Shown piece by piece: positions 1 to 9,403 of a DNA stretch of 33,530 bases. Source of the stretch: a virus. Taxonomy: Duplodnaviria > Caudoviricetes. Made by a program: the position numbers and the translations under genes. Location: the IMG/VR virus record IMGVR_UViG_3300025103_000084, positions 1-33,530 of that record, one strand, 5' to 3'. The notes under the pieces were generated by a model. The model did not search any database. It was not told the origin of the DNA and saw nothing but the letters and a program-made list of their open reading frames with translations. Positions within the stretch are counted from its first letter, which is position 1. The number at the start of each line of letters is the position of its first letter.

Positions 1-9
1 ACTCTCTCT
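1..9. repeat. 9-nt terminal direct repeat ACTCTCTCT (second copy at 33522-33530)
   Basis: The first and last 9 nt are identical and lie just upstream of terS, as expected for a cos site or a circular assembly overlap. Confidence 0.6.
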
Positions 10-44
10 TCCGGTAAAAATTTACGATAGGAATTTTCTCCCAC

Positions 45-302
45 TGTCCACCTAGCTTGTATTTTATCGCGCGCGTGTTTTATTAAATACAAGTGGACAT
101 AACTACAATAATTAATAATTAACTGGACAGCTGGACATTTGTATGGATCTTTCGGGGATGACTCACGCACAACTTGGTGCTCACTATAACGTGTCCACTA
201 AAGCAATTCAACGCTGGAAAAAGAAGGGCGTTAATGTTTACGATGAGAACGAAGTTGCAAACCATTCTAGGAGTTCGACGGCAATATCCCATGATGTGTC
301 CA
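45..302. promoter_or_regulatory. Cluster of six TGGACA/TGTCCA hexamers, candidate terminase-binding (cosB-like) sites
   Basis: TGTCCA at 45, 192, 297; TGGACA at 94, 124, 132; 45-99 also forms an imperfect inverted repeat. Confidence 0.5.
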
Positions 303-616
303 CATCATCTATACATGAACAGATAGCTAATGCCACAACTTATGATCAAGCCAGATTTATCAAGACTAAAGTTGAAGCCGCTAAAGCTCAACATATGCTT
401 GAAGTTGCTGAAGGTCTTTACATAAAGAATACAGAAGTTAAAGAGGCCACTATTAGAATCTTATCTATTTTAAAAGCCGGTATGCAAAAGCTTGAGTCTG
501 ATTTACCGAATAAGCTTTATGGGTTAGATGCGGCTGATATACAAAAAGAGATAAGAGCGGCGACTAATACACTACTTACTCAATTTAGCGAAATAGCACA
601 GGAAGAATTTAATTGA
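143..616 (+). CDS. terS: Terminase small subunit (Nu1-like)
   Basis: N-terminal HTH (THAQLGAHYNVSTKAIQRWKKKG), helical C-terminus, overlaps terL. Confidence 0.8.
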   Translation: MDLSGMTHAQLGAHYNVSTKAIQRWKKKGVNVYDENEVANHSRSSTAISHDVSTSSIHEQIANATTYDQARFIKTKVEAAKAQHMLEVAEGLYIKNTEVKEATIRILSILKAGMQKLESDLPNKLYGLDAADIQKEIRAATNTLLTQFSEIAQEEFN

Positions 617-2352
617 ATCCAGTATATGAAGCCTTTACTGAAGTTATGCGCCCAGGCTCTGAGTTATCAATCGGTGAATGGTTTAGTGAACATGTTAAGG
701 TTGTTGATTCTCCGCACGGTGCAAACTATGATATTAATCAAACTCCCTGGTTTAAGGAAATAGCTGAAGCTGTAGCCGACAACTCTAACGACGAAATTAT
801 AATAGTTGCCCCTGTTGGCTCAGGTAAGACAGCTTTTTTTGAGGCTCTTATCCATTGGATCACCGCGGAAGAACCTGGCTTTACTTTGGTGGCTATGCAG
901 ACAGAACAGGACGCCAAGGATCTTTGGGAGACTCGATTAAGTAAGGCGATGCAGCTTTGCCAGCCTATAAATAACCTATGGCCGAAAGACAGAAACGCTA
1001 TTAGAAAGGGAGCTGTTATATTTCCTCACATGTCTCTATTAATGGGCGGCGCTAACCTATCACATTTACAATCTAAATCTTGTCGTTGGGTTATCGGTGA
1101 TGAGGTATGGTTGTGGAAGTCGGGAATGATAGCTGAGGCCCGCGGTCGTACTCATGACCGGTGGAACGCAAGACTTATCTTTGTTAGTCAAGGAGGTGAT
1201 GAAGGAACAGATTGGGATAAGGCATTTTTAGAAACTAATCAGTGTCATTATAGTTGGGAGTGTGAAGAGTGCGGAAAGTTCAATAAATGGAGTCACTCAA
1301 ATATACGCTATGAAAAGATACGTGATGAAGATGACCAGTATGACTTTGAAGCCATAAAGAAAAGTGTTTATATGGAATGTCCTCACTGTGAAGCAAAGTA
1401 TAAAGACGATGCTACAACGAGACGGAGACTATCAGTAAACAGTAAATACATAGCAGAGAACGAAAAAGCTTTAAAGGTTAATAAGGGATTTACATATACT
1501 GATTATGCCGTTTGGTGGAAGCCTTGGAGCAAGTTAGTATTGAGGTGGATTGAAGCAGCTGACGAAATGAAGCGCGGATATATAGACCCAATGAAGAAGC
1601 TAAAACAAAAGAGACTTGCGGAGTTTTGGAAAGATGATTTTGGTGATGTTAAAATTAAACTGATAGCGTCAGACTACAAGAAAACTGACTTTCTTTCCGG
1701 GGAATTGTGGGAGGGTGAAATGTATCGTGTTATTACTGTTGACGTCCAGCGTGATCATTATTGGGTTGTATTGCGAACCTGGAAGGCCGACGGGACAAGC
1801 CGACTAATCTATGAGGGGAAAGTATTAACTGATGAAGTTATTCGAGACATTCAGTTAATGTATAAGGTTCAAGATAAGTTTGTTTTTATGGATGCCCAAT
1901 TTGATACAGGCCGGGTTTATGATTACTGTGTTAAATATGGCTGGACTGCTTTACATGGATCGGGTAACGATGGTTTTACGCATACAATAAAGCGCGGCTC
2001 GAAAAAGTTAAGGGTACGAAAATTCTACTCTAAATATGAAATGGCTCAAGCTCCTAATGGTGGCGCGGCCCCTTACATATTTTGGAGTAATGAAAAAATT
2101 AAAGATGCACTAATGATACTCAGAAGCGGTCAGGGTATGAGCTGGGAAGTGCCAGAAGATATGAGTGAAGATTACAAACATCAAATAGATTCAGAGGTAA
2201 AGCGGGAAGTTATAAACAAAGCTACAGGGCAAGTAACAAAAAGATATGTAAAGATTAAAAAAGACAATCACCTGTTAGATTGTGAGGCTATGCAAGTTGC
2301 AGTGTCAATGATGCTTAATATACTCAAGTCTCCTGAAGAGGAAGTTTTGTAA
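613..2352 (+). CDS. terL: Terminase large subunit, lambda GpA family
   Basis: Walker A APVGSGKT, Walker B VIGDE, CxxC...CPHC zinc motif, nuclease region TVDVQ and DNHLLDCE. Confidence 0.95.
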   Translation: MNPVYEAFTEVMRPGSELSIGEWFSEHVKVVDSPHGANYDINQTPWFKEIAEAVADNSNDEIIIVAPVGSGKTAFFEALIHWITAEEPGFTLVAMQTEQDAKDLWETRLSKAMQLCQPINNLWPKDRNAIRKGAVIFPHMSLLMGGANLSHLQSKSCRWVIGDEVWLWKSGMIAEARGRTHDRWNARLIFVSQGGDEGTDWDKAFLETNQCHYSWECEECGKFNKWSHSNIRYEKIRDEDDQYDFEAIKKSVYMECPHCEAKYKDDATTRRRLSVNSKYIAENEKALKVNKGFTYTDYAVWWKPWSKLVLRWIEAADEMKRGYIDPMKKLKQKRLAEFWKDDFGDVKIKLIASDYKKTDFLSGELWEGEMYRVITVDVQRDHYWVVLRTWKADGTSRLIYEGKVLTDEVIRDIQLMYKVQDKFVFMDAQFDTGRVYDYCVKYGWTALHGSGNDGFTHTIKRGSKKLRVRKFYSKYEMAQAPNGGAAPYIFWSNEKIKDALMILRSGQGMSWEVPEDMSEDYKHQIDSEVKREVINKATGQVTKRYVKIKKDNHLLDCEAMQVAVSMMLNILKSPEEEVL

Positions 2353-2375
2353 GTTGACAATTGCTAAAAATTAAA
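2352..2375 (+). promoter_or_regulatory. Recurrent late-gene motif AGTTGACAAT plus A-tract, copy 1
   Basis: Identical decamer in four intergenic gaps; 40 nt before ATG 2392. Confidence 0.65.
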
Positions 2376-2391
2376 AACTAAGGTTAATTAA

Positions 2392-2697
2392 ATGAGTCTT
2401 GGAATACATGACATACGGGCTATAATTCGAGCCTCACAAAGTGACGGCGGAGTCATTCAGGGGAAGTTAACGACAGAGCGAAACGCCTTAGTCCTTGATA
2501 TTGTAGAGAACCCTGAAGCCGGTAAAGAGATTATAAGCGGTTCAGGTAATGGTGTTTCAATGAATGCGTCGGTCACCTATACAAAATCAGACCGTTTACA
2601 ATTTTTAGATAGAGCTTTGTATTATGTTGAAAATGGTATATGGCCTTCTAGTACTTCATGGGCTAGGTTCGGTGGTGGCAATGGGGTGCAATTATGA
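2392..2697 (+). CDS. Probable head-tail joining protein (gpW position)
   Basis: Small ORF between terL and portal, matching the lambda A-W-B order. Confidence 0.55.
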   Translation: MSLGIHDIRAIIRASQSDGGVIQGKLTTERNALVLDIVENPEAGKEIISGSGNGVSMNASVTYTKSDRLQFLDRALYYVENGIWPSSTSWARFGGGNGVQL

Positions 2698-4199
2698 GCA
2701 GCGGTTTAGTAGATCAATACGGTTACCCGGTATTTGTAGAAAGTAAATTTGCTAAAGCAGCGCAGCAGGGAGTTAATAAACCATTTGAGCGGCAATTCAT
2801 TGGTGACATTGACGACCTTATACCATCCTATGACTGGAATACTTTACTTAGTGCTTCCCGGCGTTTATTTACCAATATGGGCATAGTTAAGAGTGCAACA
2901 ATACAAAAAGCGAACTATAGTATCGGGCGTTCATGGAATCCCGTATTCAAGGGCAAAGATAAAGAGTGGGGCAAGTTGGCTGAAGATTGGCTACTTGAAC
3001 AGTTCTATCCGGTGTCTGATGTTCGGGGATCTATGTTCGATTTCAAAACAGATTTATATATTGACTCAATTGCCATTGATCGTGATGGGGATTATTTTAT
3101 ATTACTTACTGAAAGTAAAGACGGCTTTCCACAAACTCAGAGAATACCAGCTCACAGAGTAGGCCAGCGTCAAATAGATGGGGCAGTAATTTCAGGACCA
3201 TTTAAGAAGAAGGGTAACACAATAAAGAACGGTGTTATCTATAATGATGTTGGTCGGCCTATTGCTTATCGCGTTTTAGGTAAAGAAGAAAAAGACGATA
3301 GAGATATTTCAACGCGAAATCTAATCCATGTTTTCAACCCTAATTGGCACGAACAAGGCCGCGGATTAATGGCGGCTACTCATGCAATTGATAATCTTTT
3401 AAGTTCTGTTAAGTCTGAAGAATACGAACAGATGGCGCAACTAATGTTGTCAAGTATTGGACTAATTGAACATAATGAAATGGGTATGGCCGATGAAGGT
3501 GACCCCGCTAATTTCTTAAGGAATAATACCGATAATGTTGAAAGCGGTTTAACTACTCAAACCTTTTCTGGTGGTTCTGTAAGATACTTTAAGGCTAATT
3601 CAGGCAGTAAGCTTGAGACCATTAATGTTGACCGTCCGGGTAATGTTTGGGAGTCATACCAAGACAGAGTTGCTCGGCTATTTATTACTGGAATGAACTG
3701 GAGTTATAGCTTTGTATGGAAGTCAGCAGAGTTGACCGGTACAAGCCAGCGGGCAGAGATTGAGAAAGTTAGGAGGTCTATAGATGATCGTCAGGCTTTA
3801 CTTGAACCACCTGCAAGGCGTGTTGTCGGTTATGCAATCGCTAAAGCTCAAAAGCTGGGAATACTACCACCTAATGATGAATGGTGGAAGTGGGGATTTA
3901 CTTTACCGCCTAAGGTTTCTATTGATCCGGGCAAAGATTCTGTTGCTAATCTTAATGAATGGCGAGCAGGAATTAAAAACGTTTCAACTATTCTTTCTGA
4001 GCAAGGTATACAATACGAGGATCATATTCGACAGCGAGCGAATGAAATAGCCGTAAGAAAGAAGATTCAGGAAGAGACAGAAGAAAGAACCGGAATGCAA
4101 ATAGATGACCGTGAAATGGCTATGTATACACCTAATGAGATGGCAGAGCCTAAAGAAGATGACCAAGAAGAATCACAACCAACACAGGAAGATAATTAA
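2694..4199 (+). CDS. Portal protein, lambda family
   Basis: 501 aa; DRDGDYFI, NGVIYNDVGRPIAYRV, HEQGRG and IDPGKD motifs of lambda-type portals. Confidence 0.92.
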   Translation: MSSGLVDQYGYPVFVESKFAKAAQQGVNKPFERQFIGDIDDLIPSYDWNTLLSASRRLFTNMGIVKSATIQKANYSIGRSWNPVFKGKDKEWGKLAEDWLLEQFYPVSDVRGSMFDFKTDLYIDSIAIDRDGDYFILLTESKDGFPQTQRIPAHRVGQRQIDGAVISGPFKKKGNTIKNGVIYNDVGRPIAYRVLGKEEKDDRDISTRNLIHVFNPNWHEQGRGLMAATHAIDNLLSSVKSEEYEQMAQLMLSSIGLIEHNEMGMADEGDPANFLRNNTDNVESGLTTQTFSGGSVRYFKANSGSKLETINVDRPGNVWESYQDRVARLFITGMNWSYSFVWKSAELTGTSQRAEIEKVRRSIDDRQALLEPPARRVVGYAIAKAQKLGILPPNDEWWKWGFTLPPKVSIDPGKDSVANLNEWRAGIKNVSTILSEQGIQYEDHIRQRANEIAVRKKIQEETEERTGMQIDDREMAMYTPNEMAEPKEDDQEESQPTQEDN

Positions 4200-5000
4200 A
4201 TGTACCCCATTATAATGCAGAAAGTATTTTCTGAGCCTTGGCTAATTATACCACAGGCTCATGAGGCAATACAGCAATCTTTACTAAGCCATATTGCAGC
4301 AGCGCCTCAAGTAATGGATAGCTTAGGCAACTCTGGCGAAGGTCACACAGTACAGGCCGGCTCTAATATTGCTTATGTCCAATTATATGGTGTTGTTGGT
4401 AAACACTTGTCAGGTTTAGAAATGGCTTGTGGTGGCTGTAGCTTGGATAAAGTAGCGGCAGAGTTGCAAGCGGCGGCTGATGATCCTTCAATAGATAAGA
4501 TCATTCTGGACGTTGACTCACCGGGCGGAACTATTACAGGAGTGCCGGAGTTAGCTCACTTAATAAGAGAGATTAAAGCAAGTAAAGAAATATTTGCATT
4601 TACAGAAAGAATGATGGGTTCGGCAGCTATGTGGATTGCTTCGGCTTGCTCTGGTATCTTATCAACTCCATCGGCTAAGGTTGGCAGTATTGGCGCTTAT
4701 CTGGCTATGGTTGATAACTCCGCCAAGATGGAGAAAGACGGGCAAAAGCTTTTATTATTTGAAGCAGGAGCGCATAAGGCTATAGGGCTTAGACCACCGA
4801 CGGCTGAAGAATCTAAGATGATGCAAGACAGAGTAGAGGCCATTCACGAAGACTTTAAGGCAAGTATTCTTATAGAGCGTCCAAGCGTCCAAGACAGTAC
4901 TATGGAAGGACTTGTTTACTCTGGTATAGAAGCTGAAGGTTTAGGCTTAGTTGATGCTGTAGTAATGAGTTTTGATGAAGCACTAAAGGCTATTAGTTGA
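4200..5000 (+). CDS. Head maturation protease, S49 (SppA-like) family
   Basis: LDVDSPGG, MGSAAMWIASA, VGSIGAY, GAHK motifs. Confidence 0.92.
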   Translation: MYPIIMQKVFSEPWLIIPQAHEAIQQSLLSHIAAAPQVMDSLGNSGEGHTVQAGSNIAYVQLYGVVGKHLSGLEMACGGCSLDKVAAELQAAADDPSIDKIILDVDSPGGTITGVPELAHLIREIKASKEIFAFTERMMGSAAMWIASACSGILSTPSAKVGSIGAYLAMVDNSAKMEKDGQKLLLFEAGAHKAIGLRPPTAEESKMMQDRVEAIHEDFKASILIERPSVQDSTMEGLVYSGIEAEGLGLVDAVVMSFDEALKAIS

Positions 5001-5018
5001 CAATTTTAAAATAATGAA
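4995..5018 (+). promoter_or_regulatory. Late-gene motif AGTTGACAAT, copy 2
   Basis: Overlaps the protease stop codon; upstream of scaffold and capsid genes. Confidence 0.65.
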
Positions 5019-5048
5019 TAAACATAAAACATAAAAAAGGAATTAAAT

Positions 5049-5495
5049 ATGTTTTTTAGCAACAAAGATCTTAAGGTTAAGATCGCCTCTCTCGAAGAGG
5101 AAAACAAAGAGTTGAAAGCTCAGGCTGGTTCGCTTGAATCGCTCCAGAGTGACAATGATCGGTTATCTGAAGAATTAGCCACAGCTAGCAGCGCTCTTGA
5201 AGTTGCTAATGCTAAAATTTCAGATCTAGAAAAGGTATCTAGTGAAGCGGCTGACGTGAAAGCTAAAGCTGAAAAGGTAATTGAAGAGCAACCAGCGAAA
5301 GTAGCTGCCGCGGCTTCAGCCACTGTTGCTTCTCTTGGAGTTGATCCAGTTTCTGAAGTTGCCAACGCTGATAGTGTTGAAGGTGTTCAGGTTGATGAAT
5401 ACGCGTCTTTAGCTAAACAACTTGAGTCTTGTGAATCAGCTTCAGAGCGCGGAAAGATAGCGCAAAAGATGTTACAGATTTTTGAAAATAAATAA
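5049..5495 (+). CDS. Putative capsid scaffolding protein
   Basis: Ala/Glu/Ser-rich coiled coil between protease and capsid genes. Confidence 0.6.
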   Translation: MFFSNKDLKVKIASLEEENKELKAQAGSLESLQSDNDRLSEELATASSALEVANAKISDLEKVSSEAADVKAKAEKVIEEQPAKVAAAASATVASLGVDPVSEVANADSVEGVQVDEYASLAKQLESCESASERGKIAQKMLQIFENK

Positions 5496-5519
5496 TAATA
5501 TTTAAAAGGATTAAATAAA

Positions 5520-6449
5520 ATGGCACTAACATTAAACGTACCCGTCTTAATCGCTAAGACACTAGAAGCATACAAACAGAAAGTTCCTATGCTTGGAGCT
5601 ATAAGTACAGACTGCAACGACCAAGCAAGCCGTAAAGGTCAGCAGGTAATTGCAAATATTGCTAAGGTTCCAACTGTTGCCGACTTTAACGCTACTCAAG
5701 CAACTAATGCACAAGATGCTAAGACCTTGCTTGAAGATATTCCAGTGACTCTTAACCGCCACCGTGAAAGTGTTATCAAGTGGATTCAGGACGACGTCGA
5801 AAAATCTCAGATTGAGTTACTTAAAGCTATGACCGAGTTAGGCTATGCTATCTCGAAAGATGTTACAGATTACATACTTTCTCAGGCTTTAGCGACTAAC
5901 TTTAGTACATCAGTAACTCAAGCAACGCCAGACCGTGCAACTCTTAGAGAAATTACCTCAGCCATGAATGCTAATGGTGCTGGTGATGTTCGTTATGGTA
6001 TTGTGAACAGTGATGTTTATGATGATTTAGATAATGATCCTGAAATCACTTCAAGTGACTTCTCTGGTCAGTTACAAGGCGCTAATCCTTGGGGTACTCT
6101 CGCGAATATCTCAGGCTTTACAAATATCTGGGAATACCCGGACACTCCAGCCAATGGCGAAAACATGACCGGTGTTTTCTTTGATCCGACGGCTTTTGTT
6201 TTGTCTTCTCGTCCTATGGTTCTAAATCAAAACATGGCTTCAGCTCTTGGTATTCCTCTCCAGTCTAAAGTTGATGTTGTTTCAGATCCTACTACCGGCA
6301 TGACTTTCACCGCTTTCACTTGGCAGAGTAATACTAGCTTTGATATCTATACAAAGCTTGTTGTTCTCTATGGTGTTTCAGCTGGTAAAGCTACAGGCAG
6401 TGCTGGTGACCTTACTGACTTCGGCGGATGTCTTCTTAAAAGCGTTTAA
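5520..6449 (+). CDS. Major capsid protein (HK97 fold, P22-coat-like)
   Basis: 309 aa, position after scaffold, KGQQVIANIA...IPVTLNRH and C-terminal VLYGV pattern. Confidence 0.85.
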   Translation: MALTLNVPVLIAKTLEAYKQKVPMLGAISTDCNDQASRKGQQVIANIAKVPTVADFNATQATNAQDAKTLLEDIPVTLNRHRESVIKWIQDDVEKSQIELLKAMTELGYAISKDVTDYILSQALATNFSTSVTQATPDRATLREITSAMNANGAGDVRYGIVNSDVYDDLDNDPEITSSDFSGQLQGANPWGTLANISGFTNIWEYPDTPANGENMTGVFFDPTAFVLSSRPMVLNQNMASALGIPLQSKVDVVSDPTTGMTFTAFTWQSNTSFDIYTKLVVLYGVSAGKATGSAGDLTDFGGCLLKSV

Positions 6450-6459
6450 GGAGTAGGTT

Positions 6460-6747
6460 ATGAATCGTCATATTATAATTGGATTCAAGAAAGGAGCTTC
6501 TTTTAAAAGTGATCTAGGTGATGTTATTGGCATTGCCGAGAATCTTAAAGAAGCTAAAGCCCAAGCGGCCAAAGCCATAAAGGCCAAAGATTCTAAAGTT
6601 GAGTATTGTACAATAGTTAACGGAAAGAAGCCTTGCGCTAAAGTTGGCAATAGATCTAATGTTAAATCATCCGTTAAGGTTGTCGGCATTGAGGTCATGA
6701 AAGCTGAACAGACTAAAGCTAAAGTGGCTGAAGCTAAAAAGAAATAA
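6460..6747 (+). CDS. Small Lys/Ala-rich protein, possibly head-associated
   Basis: Strong SD (AAGGAG); lies between capsid gene and terminator. Confidence 0.6.
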   Translation: MNRHIIIGFKKGASFKSDLGDVIGIAENLKEAKAQAAKAIKAKDSKVEYCTIVNGKKPCAKVGNRSNVKSSVKVVGIEVMKAEQTKAKVAEAKKK

Positions 6748-6772
6748 GAGCCAACCTCCTTTGGTTAGTTTG

Positions 6773-6808
6773 AGCCCTTTTAAGTTAATTCTTAGAAGGG
6801 CTTTTTTT
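6773..6808 (+). terminator. Rho-independent terminator after the capsid operon
   Basis: AGCCCTTTTAAG-ttaatt-CTTAGAAGGGCT followed by a T-run. Confidence 0.85.
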
Positions 6809-6822
6809 ATAAGGTGAATATT

Positions 6823-7158
6823 ATGAATATGTTAAATGACTTTTTAAGCGCTGGATTAACAGAGGTTATGCCAATTATAGGCAATGACAAAACCTTGACT
6901 TATGAAGGGGATGACATTCAGGGCGTTTTTAATGAGAAACAACTTGGTAGTGAATTAGACTTTGCCGGCAAGCTTGTCACTCATGAAACGAGCTTTTTAG
7001 TACCTCAGAATCTAATAGATGCAGCTGGTATTACATTTAGTAAAGATAATCAATGTACTGTAGATGGACGAACTTGGAAGATTGCAAGGATTATAGATGG
7101 TCCAGTTTCAACTACTCTAATGTTAGAGGACCCCAATGCCACAAAAGTACCACTCTAA
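6823..7158 (+). CDS. Head-closure / head-tail joining protein (alternative GTG start 6814)
   Basis: About 110 aa, beta-rich with TVDGRTWKIARI motif; position after capsid. Confidence 0.65.
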   Translation: MNMLNDFLSAGLTEVMPIIGNDKTLTYEGDDIQGVFNEKQLGSELDFAGKLVTHETSFLVPQNLIDAAGITFSKDNQCTVDGRTWKIARIIDGPVSTTLMLEDPNATKVPL

Positions 7159-7921
7159 AATAAATATAAATGACCTTGAATTGTCTAAAGAGTTTAGGCA
7201 GTTTGATAGGGGAATCCAGCGACTAATAAAAGAGACTGAAAAGGATTCTAAAGAGGTTTTGATTTCTCAGGCTCGCTTGTTTTGTGTTGATTTGGTACAT
7301 GTTACACAGCCGTGGGGAAGGGGTAAGAAAGCCCAAAGATTAGGGCAAGGGGCGGTCAGTAGAGATATAAACAAAGTTTACTTGACTGAAAGCGATTTGT
7401 ATGGATTGATTAAGCAGCACAGCATAGACCAGGCGAAAGCATTTTATTACAATGTCAAGAATGGTAATTTTGATGAGGCTGACAAGATAGCTAGAACTGT
7501 AAATATAGACATAAGTCATTTTGACGGAGGGAGAAAACACAGAAATTCAAGAAATAATAGAGGGAGAGTATCGCCTGGTGTTCGTGGAACTTTCTCACCT
7601 AAAAAAGATTTAGATAAATATACCAATGAAGTTAAAAACCGTGTTGGCTTTGCCAAATCTGGTTGGTCAGATTGTGCTAAAGAGCTTGGAGGTACAAGAG
7701 GTATACCGGCATGGATTAAAAACCAAGGTGGTGATATGGGACAAGTTAAGAAGAAATTTGTAGGTAGTTCGCTTGAAATAATACTAATTAACAAGGTTAA
7801 GTATATCGGTAAGCTTGTTGACAATTACCATATTAAAAAGGCGGCTGGCTCAAGAGCCAGAGCAATAGAGCGCCTAATTAAAAAGGTTGTAGAGATTAAC
7901 GCTAAGAAGAGTTTGGAATAA
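7136..7921 (+). CDS. Neck / tail-completion protein (HK97 gp10-like position)
   Basis: Basic protein with C-terminal LINKVKYI motif; synteny. Confidence 0.55.
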   Translation: MPQKYHSKININDLELSKEFRQFDRGIQRLIKETEKDSKEVLISQARLFCVDLVHVTQPWGRGKKAQRLGQGAVSRDINKVYLTESDLYGLIKQHSIDQAKAFYYNVKNGNFDEADKIARTVNIDISHFDGGRKHRNSRNNRGRVSPGVRGTFSPKKDLDKYTNEVKNRVGFAKSGWSDCAKELGGTRGIPAWIKNQGGDMGQVKKKFVGSSLEIILINKVKYIGKLVDNYHIKKAAGSRARAIERLIKKVVEINAKKSLE

Positions 7922-8376
7922 TGCCGACAGCGACACCACTAAAGAAGAGAATAGAGGACTTAATTGAAACTGTTATACAAGCACAGTTTACAAATGATTC
8001 TTTGACTTGTGCGACTTTAAAGGGACATGATCAAGGAGATAAGCCAGCTTTACCTTACTTGTTAATAGTTTGTGAATCTGTGCCGAATAATCCAGAGTTT
8101 CCAACTACAGCCGGCGTTAAGTCTGCTAATGTTATTCTTTCCATGGTCTCTAATGTTAATGAAGATACGGAAAGTGTCATTGACGCTTGTTTACAGTCGT
8201 CTAATTGCGCCATGGAAGACACGTCGGCAATGCAAACAGAAGCGGCGGCAAATTATCCAGATGTATTTATTCATGAGTTCGAGTTTAGTGATTCAAACAC
8301 AGATAGAGATCAAGAGAATTTTCAATACGATTTTAATATCTATACAGGTGTTTTGGAATATATAGACGTTCCATAA
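7921..8376 (+). CDS. Putative tail terminator protein
   Basis: Acidic 151 aa with PALPYLLI motif, directly before the tail tube gene. Confidence 0.55.
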   Translation: MPTATPLKKRIEDLIETVIQAQFTNDSLTCATLKGHDQGDKPALPYLLIVCESVPNNPEFPTTAGVKSANVILSMVSNVNEDTESVIDACLQSSNCAMEDTSAMQTEAAANYPDVFIHEFEFSDSNTDRDQENFQYDFNIYTGVLEYIDVP

Positions 8377-8378
8377 TT

Positions 8379-8402
8379 AGTTGACAATCTAAAAATAATA
8401 AA
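8379..8402 (+). promoter_or_regulatory. Late-gene motif AGTTGACAAT, copy 3
   Basis: 39 nt before ATG 8418. Confidence 0.65.
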
Positions 8403-8417
8403 AAATAAGGTAATATT

Positions 8418-8759
8418 ATGGCAGCACAGACATTCGGTACAGCACATTTATTTGGAGTAGCGGGAACAATCGGAGACGCTACAGTTATGAGCTTTTCAGA
8501 CGGCGCTAGTTTTGCACTTGCAGACGAAACAAAAAACGAAAGTGGCGTGACTATTGAAAGACATTATAATGACCGGCAAAATGACGTATCAATTAGCATC
8601 AAAATGCAATCAGCATATACTAAACCTGCCCAAGGTGATACGCTTACGTATAATGGTGTTACTTATGAGATTGTAAGCACTTCAGAGTCGCAAGAAAATC
8701 AAGGTTTTAGAGTATTCGAGCTGACTATGAAGAAATCAGAAGGGATAACATACCCTTAA
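8418..8759 (+). CDS. Putative major tail (tube) protein
   Basis: Beta-rich, has its own upstream motif, precedes chaperone and tape measure genes. Confidence 0.6.
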   Translation: MAAQTFGTAHLFGVAGTIGDATVMSFSDGASFALADETKNESGVTIERHYNDRQNDVSISIKMQSAYTKPAQGDTLTYNGVTYEIVSTSESQENQGFRVFELTMKKSEGITYP

Positions 8760-8770
8760 TAGGTGGATTA

Positions 8771-9403
8771 ATGGAAACCTTTTACCAGTCTTTTTTGCCG
8801 CCTGTTGTATCGATATGCGGGTATAAATTAAATGAATTTAGTTATAATCATTTAACTATATTGAGAGCGATTAAAAGCCCCTTTACTGATGCTGGTGAAA
8901 GGGGACTTGCTACTTCAGCTGATTTAATTATTGCCTTAAAGGTTTGTTCTGGAAAATATCCTGATAAAGATTTTACCTTTACAAGGAAAGATAGATTAAG
9001 AGCTTTTATATTAGGCCGTCAAAGAGCCAGGCTAATAACTGAGTGCATTAATTTTAGCGCTTATATATCTTGCCACCAGCAGGGCCCAGAATTTTGGGAG
9101 TTTAAAGATAAGGGTTGGACTCCTGCAAGTTCTCCAGATGAATTGTCCACTGTTGCATTGTTAATTAAAAACAATATAGAGCATGGTGAGGCGTGGAATA
9201 TGTCTATAGGTTATGCAAATTGGTTAAGCGCGGTCATTTTAGAGCAGGCCGGGAACCCACGGGTTTTTGTTAATGATGACAATGATGACACGATAAATTT
9301 AAACTCATTACCTGAAGAAGAAGTAGTAAATATTGCAAAAGAAAACTTGCCACCAGATAGATTTAAACAATGGCTTAAAGCCAGAAAAGAAAGGGGCGCG
9401 TAA
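8771..9403 (+). CDS. Putative tail assembly chaperone
   Basis: Position between tube and tape measure genes; AWNMSIG motif near the C-terminus. Confidence 0.5.
   Translation: METFYQSFLPPVVSICGYKLNEFSYNHLTILRAIKSPFTDAGERGLATSADLIIALKVCSGKYPDKDFTFTRKDRLRAFILGRQRARLITECINFSAYISCHQQGPEFWEFKDKGWTPASSPDELSTVALLIKNNIEHGEAWNMSIGYANWLSAVILEQAGNPRVFVNDDNDDTINLNSLPEEEVVNIAKENLPPDRFKQWLKARKERGA

Noticed and set aside
7817-7825. Additional GTTGACAAT copies (also near 14636)
   Set aside because: Inside coding sequence and lacking the downstream A-tract consensus; probably chance
8771-9403. Lambda G/GT-type programmed frameshift
   Set aside because: A single ORF runs right up to the tape measure start, with no second-frame ORF to shift into
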